Origin: Hydrogenophilales bacterium 28-61-23
Lineage (GTDB): Bacteria; Pseudomonadota; Gammaproteobacteria; Burkholderiales; Thiobacillaceae
Length of the DNA stretch: 64,000 bases
Direction of reading: 5' to 3'
Assembly (NCBI GenBank): GCA_002281555.1
Contig: NCGJ01000013.1
Location: forward strand, 23,493-87,492
Shown one piece after another: positions 9,085-18,164 of this stretch. Positions within the stretch are counted from its first letter, which is position 1, and each line of letters begins with the position of its first letter. Both the position numbers and the translations under genes were made by a program. Below the pieces are notes generated by a model. It saw only the letters and a list, made by a program, of their open reading frames with translations. It made no database searches and was not told where the DNA came from.

Positions 9085-9810
9085 ATGCCCGCTCAACATC
9101 CCGCCACGCCCATCCCGCGCCGCAATCTGCTCAAGCTTCTCGCCGCCGGCGCGCTGGCCGGCCTCGGTCTCGCCGGTCTGGTACGTCAGGCGCTCGCGGC
9201 CGGCAGCGGGCCGCAACGCAGGCAGGGCATTTTTCGGCTGGAAGGCGAGGCGACGTTCAACGGCAAATCGCTCAAAGTGGGCGATGTGCCGACGCTGCCG
9301 CTTACCGTGCTAACCGGTCCGAAGACCTTGCTGGTCTTCGTGGTCGGCGCCGATGCTTATTTGTTGCGCTCGAACAGCCATTTGATTCTCGGCGCCAACG
9401 ACGCGAAAACACCGAACCGGGCCGCTTCGATCAAGCTGCTGGCCGGCAAATTGCTGTCGGTATTCGAAAAGGGCGAACGCAATCTGAGCACCGTCACCGC
9501 CGTGGCCGGCATACGCGGCACCGGCATCTATATGGAAAGCGAGCCCGACCGGTCTTATCTCTGCCTCTGTTATGGCCATGCGCGCATCGGCCCGGTCGAT
9601 GCGCCGGGCGCGGCCGAAATGTTGCGGACGACGCACCACGAATCGCCGCGCTGGGTGTTCCGAGACCGGATGGAGCCGGCGCAAGTCATCAACCACTCGG
9701 ATGAAGAATTGATCCTGCTGGAAAGCCTGACCGGCCGCTTGCCGCCGTTCCACAACCAATGGGGCTATGGCGACGGCATCCTTAACGATCCGGCCGAAAA
9801 ACGCTATTGA
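9085..9810 (+). CDS. Tat-signal exported protein with FecR-like domain
   Basis: The start was re-picked at ATG 9085. It has a twin-arginine signal (PIPRRNLLKLLAAGALAGLGLAGLVRQALA). A beta-rich body contains the FecR-type motif TAVAGIRGTGIYME. Confidence 0.6.
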   Translation: MPAQHPATPIPRRNLLKLLAAGALAGLGLAGLVRQALAAGSGPQRRQGIFRLEGEATFNGKSLKVGDVPTLPLTVLTGPKTLLVFVVGADAYLLRSNSHLILGANDAKTPNRAASIKLLAGKLLSVFEKGERNLSTVTAVAGIRGTGIYMESEPDRSYLCLCYGHARIGPVDAPGAAEMLRTTHHESPRWVFRDRMEPAQVINHSDEELILLESLTGRLPPFHNQWGYGDGILNDPAEKRY

Positions 9811-9840
9811 GCGGGGCGGGGCGCTGCTCGGCCCCGACCG

Positions 9841-10368
9841 TTATTTCGGCTGGGCGCTTATTTCGCTGTCCAGTGCGTCGAAAGCGCGGTCGCGGTGGTG
9901 CAAGGTGACGGCTTTTTTCAGTTTGCCGACCCGCTCTTCCTGATACGACTGGAGTCTTTCCTTGGGAATGCAGACCCGCGCGTAGGCGGTCGACTGCTTT
10001 TCCTTGTATTCGATGTTTTCGTAGATAACCGCGCTTTCCACGAATACGGGCAGGTTTTCATCCTGCTTGAAACGTTCGACCAGGGCGCGCTCGGTCGGGT
10101 CGGATTTGTCGCGGAAGTTTTCGTAGACCACGATTTCCAGCGCTTTGTTGAGCCGGATGACCATCTGCTTGCGGGCGTCGGCCTTGGAGATTTCGACCGC
10201 TTCGAGCCCGCCGCGCGCGAAACCGGAATCGCAGATGTGATTGCGGGTTTGCTGGTAATACCAGCCGGGAGCGCCTTCGACCCGAACCGATTGCATGTGC
10301 TCGAGATGCTGCTCGAACATGAAGGAGATGAATGTTTTTACCAGTGCAAATGCAAGCGATTCGAGCAT
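9841..10368 (-). CDS. hypothetical protein, weak LPP20-like features; last gene of the lipoprotein cluster
   Basis: The ORF is 175 aa with ATG at 10368, preceded by AGGAGG at a 5-nt spacing. It contains GAPGWYYQQ...SGFARGG...ADARKQMVIRLNKALE, which resembles the P-x-W...G-x-G...A...A pattern of the neighbouring LPP20-like genes. I see no clear lipobox. Confidence 0.5.
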   Translation of the reverse strand: MLESLAFALVKTFISFMFEQHLEHMQSVRVEGAPGWYYQQTRNHICDSGFARGGLEAVEISKADARKQMVIRLNKALEIVVYENFRDKSDPTERALVERFKQDENLPVFVESAVIYENIEYKEKQSTAYARVCIPKERLQSYQEERVGKLKKAVTLHHRDRAFDALDSEISAQPK

Positions 10369-10383
10369 GTGGCCTCCTGAAAG

Positions 10384-12054
10384 CTATCTGGCGGGAATAA
10401 CCCGCAGCGGTTTGATATTGGCGTAGCTGGGCATGGCCATGCCGATGCTGGCGTTGATATAGGTGGGGTCGGCGATGACATAACGCTCTCCCTGCCAATC
10501 GACGCTCGACCAGTTGCCATGCGGGTTGGGAACGGCAACCGCCGTGGTCATGTGGCCGGGGTAATGCAGGCCTACCGTCTTCAGGCCGACCAGTTCCCGC
10601 ACCAGCCAGGAGAACAGGGCGGAGCGGTCTTCGCAGTCCGAGTAGGGGTAGTAGAGCGCTTCCTCGACGAAGAAGTATTTTTCATAGCCGAACTGATCCT
10701 GATCGGTCTTGTAGTCGAAACCTTTCTGCACGAAGGCGAGCAGGAAGTTGACCGACTCTTCCGGCGACATGCCCTGCATGCGCTGGCGCAGCACCTGCAA
10801 CAGCGGTTCGCGCGCGGAGGGACTGGCCTGGGTGGAGAAGTAAAGGTCGAAATCCATTTGCGGAAAGCCGGCCATGTATTGCACCAACCTGCGGTCGTAG
10901 CCGAGTTTGACTTGCACCGGACGCCCTTGGTATTCGAACTTGACGGTTTTCTCCGTCGGTTCCGCTTTGGTGAAGCCGGTCGCCGCGCCTTTCAGGTCGA
11001 GCGATTGCAGGGGAGCGGGATAGTTGGATTCATAGGTGCTGAAGGTACGCAGGCCTTTGCCTCGATCGGCGTTGAGCAGCGCGTAGTAAGTGCGTTCGGC
11101 ATTGCCCTTGCCCAGCTTGATGAAGCTGACGGCATAGACCGGCTGTTTTACGGCGACAAAGAGGTAGACCTCCTGGCCGCTGTAGCCGAGGCGAACATCG
11201 ACGCCGGCCTTGACCAGGCAATGCCACAGCAGCAGGTTCTGTTCGGTCGGGCGGTCGGGCAGTATCGCCTTGGCGGCTTCCTGCCATAGCGTGGCGTGGC
11301 CCCAGTCATCCAGACGCAGGTCGCGGCGTGCCTTGGCGATGGCCTGCAAGGTCGGCGCGATTCGGGTCACGCTCATTTTGTCCCAGTAGGCGGCAAGTCC
11401 GGCCGGGTCGATCTTGTTGGCGCGGATGTTCCGCCACTGCGGGTCGTAAGGCAGGCTGACGACGTTGCCGTAGAAGCTGAGTTCCAGGCTGTCGGCGGCC
11501 AATTCCGCCGGCTTGGCGGGTATCGGGAACGGCACTGGCGGGACGCTGGGCGCAACCACCACGGGTGGTTTGGGCGCCGGAATTTCGGCTGGCTTGGGAA
11601 TGTCCAGCGGTTTGGGCATTTCCGCCGGCTTCGGAGGCTGGGCCGGCTTGGGCTGCTCTACCGGTTTCGGTGTCGCCGACGGCTTCGGGGCTTCAAACGG
11701 CTTCGGCACTTCCAGAGGTTTGGGCGTCGCTCTCGGGGGTTCCCTGGGCGGCGTTTTCACGACAACAGGCGCTTGCGGGATCACCTTCGGCTTCGGCCGC
11801 GGGTCGCGGACTTTGCCCTGGAATACCTGGAATTCTTGCCATTGCTTCTTCAGATAACCGGAGAACTGCTGATCCTGTTCACTGCGATAAACCTCGAATT
11901 GCTGTTTGGTTTCAGCCACGCCCTGGCTCTGGCCGCGTAGCCAGTCCTGGTAACTTTCCCCGCCAATCGCGGGAGAAGCGGCGGAAATCGTCAGCACCGC
12001 ACAACCGAACGTAGCCAGACCTCGGCTGAGCTGGGTATTTCGGATTTCCGCCAT
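10384..12054 (-). CDS. exported proline-rich protein with C-terminal transglutaminase-like cysteine-protease domain
   Basis: The ORF is 556 aa with a signal-like N-terminus (ATFGCAVLTISAASPAIG). Residues ~84-182 are x-x-PKP repeats. The C-terminal part shows a Cys/His/Asp pattern (YSDCEDRSALF ... HYPGHMTTAV ... VIADPTY) typical of the transglutaminase core. Confidence 0.7.
   Translation of the reverse strand: MAEIRNTQLSRGLATFGCAVLTISAASPAIGGESYQDWLRGQSQGVAETKQQFEVYRSEQDQQFSGYLKKQWQEFQVFQGKVRDPRPKPKVIPQAPVVVKTPPREPPRATPKPLEVPKPFEAPKPSATPKPVEQPKPAQPPKPAEMPKPLDIPKPAEIPAPKPPVVVAPSVPPVPFPIPAKPAELAADSLELSFYGNVVSLPYDPQWRNIRANKIDPAGLAAYWDKMSVTRIAPTLQAIAKARRDLRLDDWGHATLWQEAAKAILPDRPTEQNLLLWHCLVKAGVDVRLGYSGQEVYLFVAVKQPVYAVSFIKLGKGNAERTYYALLNADRGKGLRTFSTYESNYPAPLQSLDLKGAATGFTKAEPTEKTVKFEYQGRPVQVKLGYDRRLVQYMAGFPQMDFDLYFSTQASPSAREPLLQVLRQRMQGMSPEESVNFLLAFVQKGFDYKTDQDQFGYEKYFFVEEALYYPYSDCEDRSALFSWLVRELVGLKTVGLHYPGHMTTAVAVPNPHGNWSSVDWQGERYVIADPTYINASIGMAMPSYANIKPLRVIPAR
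11509..11805 (-). repeat. coding low-complexity PKP repeat (TonB-like Pro-rich spacer)
   Basis: The translation is RPKPKVIPQAPVVVKTPPREPPRATPKPLEVPKPFEAPKPSATPKPVEQPKPAQPPKPAEMPKPLDIPKPAEIPAPKPPVVV... The coordinates come from residues 84-182 of the 556-aa ORF. Confidence 0.8.
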
Positions 12055-12064
12055 CTTGCACTCC

Positions 12065-12670
12065 TTACTGCATGGCCTTCATTTTGGCGATTTCTTCGGC
12101 CAGCTCTTCCTGGCCCTTCTTGGCCTTGAATTGCTGCCACAGCGCCTTGTCGTTGTTCATGCTGGTCTTCAGCACTTTCTCGGTAGCCTCTTTGGTGACG
12201 GAAGGATCGAGGCCGACCAGAACGTAGATGGAACCGTTCGGGCTGGTGGCGCTACGGAAAACGCGCGAACCGACGATGGTTTCGGCGGTGATCAGCTTGG
12301 ACACGCTGGTGTTGACCTTGTCCACGGTCTCGGAAGCGGCGGCGCCGGTCGTCTCGACATAGGACTTGATCATGTTGGTGACGTGCACCTTCATCTGCTG
12401 GGCCAGGTTGACGCGCGCGGCGGCGGCGGCCTGGTCTTTCATGAATGCGGTGCCGGCGGCGGATTTTTCATAAGAACCGACCGCGGAAACGGCAACCCCT
12501 TCAACCGGAGCATCGCAAATCCAGAGCGGCGCGGCCTGATTCGGCGAGTCCGGGAAGACGCATTCGGCGATCTTCGCGGGTTCTGGTTTAACGGCGTCCT
12601 TACCGCCAAAGCAACCCGTGAGCGCGACAGCCATAAGGGAAGACAACAATACGATACGTTTTGTGCTCAT
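12065..12670 (-). CDS. LPP20-family lipoprotein
   Basis: The start was re-picked at ATG 12670, which gives MSTKRIVLLSSLMAVALTGC (lipobox LTGC). The body contains APLWICDAPVEGVAVSAVGSYEKSAAG...AAAAARVNLAQQM, which is LPP20-like. Confidence 0.65.
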   Translation of the reverse strand: MSTKRIVLLSSLMAVALTGCFGGKDAVKPEPAKIAECVFPDSPNQAAPLWICDAPVEGVAVSAVGSYEKSAAGTAFMKDQAAAAARVNLAQQMKVHVTNMIKSYVETTGAAASETVDKVNTSVSKLITAETIVGSRVFRSATSPNGSIYVLVGLDPSVTKEATEKVLKTSMNNDKALWQQFKAKKGQEELAEEIAKMKAMQ

Positions 12671-12784
12671 TTTGATCTCCATTGAAAAAACCGAAAAATT
12701 ACCGCGACTTTCATAAGTGTCGAATCCCCGAAAAAACAAGATGACTACAACAGCCGGGGCGCTCTGTTACTGCTCTCTTCTCTA

Positions 12785-13189
12785 CTACTTAGCTGGTACC
12801 AGCCAAATCCATAAGACGCCGGATTGAGGATCTTTCCACTTTTCCTTCACCGTCGCCTTGACCTCCTTCTGCTTGACCGTCTCCTGGATTGCCTTGTCGG
12901 AAACCGAGGTGGTGCGATCGCCTTGCGTGTGCATTTCAGTCAGGTGCTCGCTGTCGATAATGACGCCGTAACGTTTGGCATATTCGTCTCGAGCCCGCGT
13001 GATGGCCAACTCTTCCTGTGCCTGAGCGCCCCTGACATGAAACATGGCCGAAGCCGCCACGCCCTCACCCGGGTTATTGATCCAGGCGGGGGGGGCGGAT
13101 GCGTCAGGTTTGGCGTGGCGCTCCGGGAGCATGCTGCAGGCGCTCAACAGCGACAATGACAGGATCAGGATGGTGCGATACGGGCCCAT
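12785..13189 (-). CDS. small lipoprotein, LPP20-like
   Basis: The ORF is 134 aa. It begins MGPYRTILILSLSLLSAC (lipobox) and contains PPAWINNPGEGVAASAMFHVRGAQAQEELAITRARDEYAKRYG. Confidence 0.55.
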   Translation of the reverse strand: MGPYRTILILSLSLLSACSMLPERHAKPDASAPPAWINNPGEGVAASAMFHVRGAQAQEELAITRARDEYAKRYGVIIDSEHLTEMHTQGDRTTSVSDKAIQETVKQKEVKATVKEKWKDPQSGVLWIWLVPAK

Positions 13190-13208
13190 TTCGAAAATTC
13201 CTTAGTGG

Positions 13209-14240
13209 CTAAAACTGCAATGGTTTCAAAACTTTTTGCCAGAGCGACCCCTTGCGGGTCACTTCAACCAGATCGCCGAGCAGCACGCCCTGAGCCTTGC
13301 GATCGTCGTCCGCAATAATCCACGATTCCATTGCCGTGACGTTGCCGAAGACAACCCCTTCGACGACGGGCACCTTGTCATAAACGGTTTTATTGGTAAT
13401 CGAGTGCAAACTGGGTTTTTGATTAAAAACCGTGACCTTGCTCCCAGCGGTCACGCCCTGGTCGGCACCGATGGATAGTTTGAATATCGACTTGCTTCCC
13501 TTGTCGCGTCTGCCAAGGATGTAACCCTTGTGGGAAAACTGCTCGAGGAACTCGTCGCCGACCTGAGACAAGGCCTTCTGAGCCGCCTCCCGCACCATCG
13601 ACACCGCGAGATCCCTATTGCTGGCTTCTTCGGCCTTGTGAGAATTGGCGCCACGGCCATTCAACGTTTTGATCAGGCGCAAACTTGGCACCTCGTAAAC
13701 CCGCAATACAACGTTCACGCTGGCACTGTGTGAATAACTGGCGGGCGTGGTGACCGTCTTGCCCTTCTTGTTGGTCTGGCTGGTGGCTGGCTTGATTTCC
13801 AGATCGTATTCCGCCTGGGTGATCGCCGGCTTGACCGCGTAGTTGGCTACGGAAGGCCCGTCGTAGCCGGCGACGCCGACCGCCTCGGCCAGTTTCAACT
13901 CGTCCCTGAGTTGATTGGCAAGGTTGCGATCCACCACTTCGATGCCGTTTGTGCCCAGCAACTGTTCGATTTCCCGCATCAAAAAGCTGCCGGCCTGGGC
14001 ATGCCGGGCCTTGCTCAGATTGTTGTCTTCCATATCGAATACCACGACCTTGGCGCGCCCCTGCCTGGCAAGGTCGGCCTCGGTCGGCATGCGGGCGGCG
14101 GAAGCAAGCGTGGCCTCATTGGTGTATTCAGACAGCGAACCGCCCGTGCCTGCGCAACCGCTCAAAACTACCAGACCCGATAGCGCTAGCGCGCGGACAT
14201 GCCGCCCGCACCTGGTTCTTTCCCGCATAATTTTCCCCAT
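13209..14240 (-). CDS. lipoprotein with CsgG/LpoB/FlgO-like (TolB-N-like) domain and C-terminal beta domain
   Basis: The lipobox is ALALSGLVVLSGC. The stretch KVVVFDMEDNN...AGSFLMREIEQLLGTNGIEVVDRNLANQLRDELKLAE...SVNVVLRVYEVPSLRLIKT follows the pattern of CsgG/LpoB-type lipoproteins. The C-terminus is GYILGRRDKGSKSIFKLSIGADQGVTAGSKVTVF...GDLVEV. The start is ambiguous (GTG 14246, ATG 14240, ATG 14228). Confidence 0.55.
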   Translation of the reverse strand: MGKIMRERTRCGRHVRALALSGLVVLSGCAGTGGSLSEYTNEATLASAARMPTEADLARQGRAKVVVFDMEDNNLSKARHAQAGSFLMREIEQLLGTNGIEVVDRNLANQLRDELKLAEAVGVAGYDGPSVANYAVKPAITQAEYDLEIKPATSQTNKKGKTVTTPASYSHSASVNVVLRVYEVPSLRLIKTLNGRGANSHKAEEASNRDLAVSMVREAAQKALSQVGDEFLEQFSHKGYILGRRDKGSKSIFKLSIGADQGVTAGSKVTVFNQKPSLHSITNKTVYDKVPVVEGVVFGNVTAMESWIIADDDRKAQGVLLGDLVEVTRKGSLWQKVLKPLQF

Positions 14241-14255
14241 GGACACATCAACCGA

Positions 14256-15236
14256 TTAATCAGTAAACCCCAAACCCTTGATCGGACCGACATCCCGCAG
14301 TGCCGCACCCAGTTTTTGAGTGGCGCTTTGCCGGGCGCCCGCGTAGTCGTATGAGGAAGACCCGGATACCTCGAAATCGCGACTGGTCACTGCGCGCCCG
14401 TGATCGTCCTGCACGCTCAGCGTGACTTTAAGTTTAACCAACTTGCTGCCATAGATGGCATCGGAGCGGCTGCTGCTGGCGATTGCGAGGACATTGCCCC
14501 TGCCAGAAGCGGTGTTTTCCGTGCGAATGCCATTCTCGTTGAGGAAAGCGGTGATTGCCGCGGCAAGATCGCCATCGCTCGAACCGGCCTGAACCCGGAA
14601 TACCAAATCCGTGGCGGCTTTCTGAGCCTGCTGTTGCAGCGACTCCAGACGACTCAGACGCTCCGCCGATGCGGCACCCGGCTCAAGGCCCGTCAGTAGC
14701 TGAGCATGGCCGGTCGCTTTTTCCAGATTGGGCTGCAAGCGGCGCAGCGCCACGAATTTTTCCAGCGGCGTTTTTTTGCCGAGCTCCGCGGCCGCCGGCT
14801 GGATGAGGCTATCGAGATTGCCCAGCTTCTGCTTGATATCGCGGATAAATGCCTGGCGATCGACTTTGACCAAAGCAAAAAATCCGTTCCCCGATTGAGC
14901 GGTTTTTTCCACCACGAAATTGTTGAATTCCGTTTTTTGCACTTCTTCGGAAATACGGGTGCGCGCCTTGCGATCGACCTTGTTGTTGTCGACGCTGATC
15001 TGGCTTTCGAGTTGCGCGGAAATACTGACCCGCAGCTTGGCGGCGATATCCTTCAACGCGGCGCGCTTCGCCGTGTCGAGATCCGGGCCCTCGCCCACAC
15101 CCCAGAACCATTCCCTGCTGTCGGCCGGTGTCGACAACACCCAGGCCGGGGCCGCGCTGGCCTGTTTCTTCGGCAACAAGCTGTCACAGCCTATGAGCGG
15201 AACGAAAAGTGTCAATAAAATCAATAAGTTACGCAT
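14256..15236 (-). CDS. long LPP20-like lipoprotein (paralogue B)
   Basis: The ORF is 326 aa. It begins MRNLLILLTLFVPLIGC (lipobox) and contains APAWVLSTPADSREWFWGVGEGPDLDTAKRAALKDIAAKLRVSI. Its three-part architecture matches 18554..19549. Its start overlaps the cyclase stop by 8 nt. Confidence 0.6.
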   Translation of the reverse strand: MRNLLILLTLFVPLIGCDSLLPKKQASAAPAWVLSTPADSREWFWGVGEGPDLDTAKRAALKDIAAKLRVSISAQLESQISVDNNKVDRKARTRISEEVQKTEFNNFVVEKTAQSGNGFFALVKVDRQAFIRDIKQKLGNLDSLIQPAAAELGKKTPLEKFVALRRLQPNLEKATGHAQLLTGLEPGAASAERLSRLESLQQQAQKAATDLVFRVQAGSSDGDLAAAITAFLNENGIRTENTASGRGNVLAIASSSRSDAIYGSKLVKLKVTLSVQDDHGRAVTSRDFEVSGSSSYDYAGARQSATQKLGAALRDVGPIKGLGFTD

Positions 15237-17202
15237 TTTTCATGTTTTCCATTGGGTACAGCGAAGCCGGTTGAGTCGATTCGGCGGATCGGGATTCCAG
15301 GATTTTTCCGGTCAAGGGATCGGCCACCATTTTCCAGCACAACTCGTAGACGGGTTGCGCCTGCTCCTTGCCCGCGACCTGCACCTCGCCCAGCGCGCGG
15401 AAAGGTAAAACATCTTTCGCGCGCTGGAATACGGATTCGCCGGCCACGATGTCCACGCCCAATTTTTTAGTCGCGCTTTCAAAACGGGAAGCCAGATTCA
15501 CCACATCGCCGATCGCCGTGTAGTTGAACCGGATCGATGAACCCAGATTGCCGACGATGGCGGGCCCGCAATTGATGCCGATGCCGGTTTTCAGCGGCGC
15601 CGCGCCGACCCGGCCCATCGCCTGGTTGATTCTGAGTTGGGCATACTGCATGGCGATGGCCGCGCGACAGGCGGCTATGGCGTGATCCGGCTGATCCAGC
15701 GGGGCGTTGAACAGGGCCATGATCGCGTCGCCGATGTATTTGTCGAGCGTTCCGCCCTGGTCGAAGATCGCTTCGGTCATCGGCTGAAAATAATCCGCCA
15801 TGATTTCCGCCAGACGCTCTGCCGAGACGCCCTCGGACATCGAGGTAAAACCTCGAATGTCAGAAAACAGCACGGTAATTTCCTTCTTTTCCCCGCCCAG
15901 TTTGAGTTGTTCTGGATTCTCGACAATCCGGCTGACCAGACTGGGCGGCAGGTAGGTTGAAAACGCCGTGCGCAGTTTTTCGGCGTGCTTCTTGGAGTGC
16001 GACAACAAGCTGGTTTCAATCAGCATCGCCGAAGCGGCAAGCGCGGTCAGCACATAGGCGCTTTCCAGCCACACGCCGGCCTGGACATAGAGCAGGAGCC
16101 CTGCGGAATAGGCGACGACGGCCAAACCGGCATAGAGCGCGGCGCGCAGCCATATCCGACGAATACGCATGATGGCGAGGGCGGCGGCCAAAGCCAGAAA
16201 AATGACGCCCGCCATCGAGACAACGCCCAGTTCCTGCAATCCATGCCCGCCCAGCACATTGGCCATGAAGGTCGCGTGCATCAGCGGGCCGGGATACTGC
16301 CCAAGCGGCGTCGCGCGGATGTCGGAAACGCCGGCCTCGGTGATGCCGAACAACACCACTTTGCCTTTCAGGCTGGCCGGGCTGAAACCGGGCGCGAACA
16401 AATCGGCAAATGAGATCGTGTGAAAGCTCGACTCGGGGTAAAAGTTCAAGCGGGTGAACCCGCGCGCGTCGAGATGTACCAGGTCGTCGCCAATAGTCAG
16501 CCGCGCAGCGGCCGAAATCGGCCCATTGCCGCGTTGCAGACGGGCTTGGCTATCCAGAAAGACCTGCAGCGTCTGCACGCCCAGGCTGGGTTGCACCATG
16601 CCAAGCAAGACAAAGCCGGCGGGGTAATGGCGAAACCGTTCATCCTTGTCCGCCAAGGTGTTCAGGGAACCCAATGCGGCTTGTCCGGCAAGGATGTCCG
16701 GAATCGAGAGTTCCACTTCGTCCTTGACCTCGACCAGACCCACATTATGGCTATCGGTCAGGCTCGAATTGGCCAGCAGCGCCATGCCGGCGGCATCGGG
16801 TGTCACCGGACGAATGCCGTTCATCTGGTAACCGCCGATGACGGTCGTCCGCGCGAGCATTTCTCCCAGCGCCCGGTCTTCCGCCGAGTCTGTCGGTTCG
16901 GAGAACACCATATCCAGCGCAATGACCTTGGCCTCGCGACACTTGTCGATGGCGGCCGCCATCCTGAGTCGCGACCAGGGCCAGCGGCCGAAGCTTTTGA
17001 CCGCCTTGTGGTCGACGGCGATGAAGACGATGTCCCGGTTCGGCGAATGCGGATTAAAGCGATAGTAGGTATCGCTGACCGCGCTGGCCAATGCGGCGAC
17101 CGGACCGGGTTGCCAATAAAACAACAGCGTCAGCAATAGCCCCAGCGTGGCGATTGCGCCGGTAAGGTTCAGGTATTCGCTGCGTGCAAGAAGCTGGGGC
17201 AT
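15229..17202 (-). CDS. CHASE2 sensor domain-containing class III adenylate/guanylate cyclase
   Basis: It has a periplasmic CHASE2 signature (IVFIAVDHKAVKSFGRWPWSRLRMAAAIDKCREAKVIALDMVFSEPT). Three TM helices follow. The cyclase domain reads ITVLFSDIRGFTSMSE...DKYIGDAIMALFNAP...GINCGPAIVGNLGS..FNYTAIGDVVNLASRFE. The track start 17211 is TTG, so ATG 17202 was chosen. Confidence 0.9.
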   Translation of the reverse strand: MPQLLARSEYLNLTGAIATLGLLLTLLFYWQPGPVAALASAVSDTYYRFNPHSPNRDIVFIAVDHKAVKSFGRWPWSRLRMAAAIDKCREAKVIALDMVFSEPTDSAEDRALGEMLARTTVIGGYQMNGIRPVTPDAAGMALLANSSLTDSHNVGLVEVKDEVELSIPDILAGQAALGSLNTLADKDERFRHYPAGFVLLGMVQPSLGVQTLQVFLDSQARLQRGNGPISAAARLTIGDDLVHLDARGFTRLNFYPESSFHTISFADLFAPGFSPASLKGKVVLFGITEAGVSDIRATPLGQYPGPLMHATFMANVLGGHGLQELGVVSMAGVIFLALAAALAIMRIRRIWLRAALYAGLAVVAYSAGLLLYVQAGVWLESAYVLTALAASAMLIETSLLSHSKKHAEKLRTAFSTYLPPSLVSRIVENPEQLKLGGEKKEITVLFSDIRGFTSMSEGVSAERLAEIMADYFQPMTEAIFDQGGTLDKYIGDAIMALFNAPLDQPDHAIAACRAAIAMQYAQLRINQAMGRVGAAPLKTGIGINCGPAIVGNLGSSIRFNYTAIGDVVNLASRFESATKKLGVDIVAGESVFQRAKDVLPFRALGEVQVAGKEQAQPVYELCWKMVADPLTGKILESRSAESTQPASLYPMENMKNA

Positions 17203-17278
17203 TCCGCGCAAGTCACTCGTCTATGGCCGATGGACAAGGGCTCGGCATCAGCGCAAGCCTTGTGGCGCACTCAACCTG

Positions 17279-18025
17279 TTATTGTTTGCCTTGCCAGTCG
17301 ATCAGGGACTTCATCGCCTTGGCGCTCTCGCCGCTGATATTGCGCTCCACGGCAACCCGGCCGGTCGTGACCAATTCCTTGCCCGCTTCCAGTACCAGGT
17401 TTTCCACATAATCGACAAACTCGCGTTCCACCTGGGCCTTGTACTGGTCGAATGCCGCCTGTTCGCCCGCGATGGCCTCGGCTTTTTTGCGCACGAGATC
17501 CTCGAACTCATCCCTCTCGGATTGCTGGGCGACCGGCTTTTCACGATACAACTCGACCGGGCCCTGCGTGCTGGCGATATCGACAGAGCCCTGGTCCAGA
17601 ACCACGCTGACGCTGTCTTTATCGTCTTCCACCAGGAAACGCGTGCCTTTTACGCCGATAACCGACAACCGTGTTTTGATCTCGACTCCGGCTGCGGCCT
17701 TGCTCTTGCGTACCTCAAACAGCGCCTGGCCTTTGTCCAAAGCGGTTTTTCCCACGCCGTTGAAGGCGGCCACGCTGAACTTGTCGATTGCAACCGAATA
17801 ACGGCCATCGTTGAGCAGGGCGCGGCCTTCGAAGGTGTGCACCTCATCGCCCGCGCAAAGCGCTCGGGGTAGGGCGCCCGGACTGGTTTTCAACACCTTT
17901 CCGCTCGGTTTGATGCTGACCTGGCCTTCAAATGCCACCATCTTGGCCACCGAGGCGCAACTGGCAAAAACATGGCCGGAAACGCAACATGCCAACGATA
18001 CAAACAAGAGTTTCACTAAACGCAT
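17279..18025 (-). CDS. FecR-domain periplasmic protein (partner of the CHASE2 cyclase)
   Basis: ATG 18025 gives the signal peptide MRLVKLLFVSLACCVSGHVFA. The FecR pattern is present (VAFEGQVSIKP...GDEVHTFEGRALL...RLSVIGVKGTRFLVE). There is no N-terminal anti-sigma domain. Confidence 0.8.
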   Translation of the reverse strand: MRLVKLLFVSLACCVSGHVFASCASVAKMVAFEGQVSIKPSGKVLKTSPGALPRALCAGDEVHTFEGRALLNDGRYSVAIDKFSVAAFNGVGKTALDKGQALFEVRKSKAAAGVEIKTRLSVIGVKGTRFLVEDDKDSVSVVLDQGSVDIASTQGPVELYREKPVAQQSERDEFEDLVRKKAEAIAGEQAAFDQYKAQVEREFVDYVENLVLEAGKELVTTGRVAVERNISGESAKAMKSLIDWQGKQ

Positions 18026-18164
18026 GGATGGCACCCCCGAGAGCTTGTCGTGGAAATTCTAAACCACGCAAGCGGTGTGGCTTTAACTGTAATCCGGCCT
18101 CTATCCGTCTGCGCTTCCCAACCGGGATGCAAGGGTTGCGAAGCCCATGCTGGTTTTATGCGGG

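Noticed and set aside
9811-9840. GC-rich hairpin cggggc...gccccg between convergent genes as a terminator
   Set aside because: It has only a 6-bp stem with an 8-nt loop and no T-run on either strand. That is too weak to call.
11509-11805. Periodic PKP-coding repeats as a CRISPR-like or VNTR array
   Set aside because: The periodicity is 15-18 nt, imperfect, and lies inside an intact reading frame. It is a Pro-rich protein spacer, not a repeat-spacer array. No cas genes are present.
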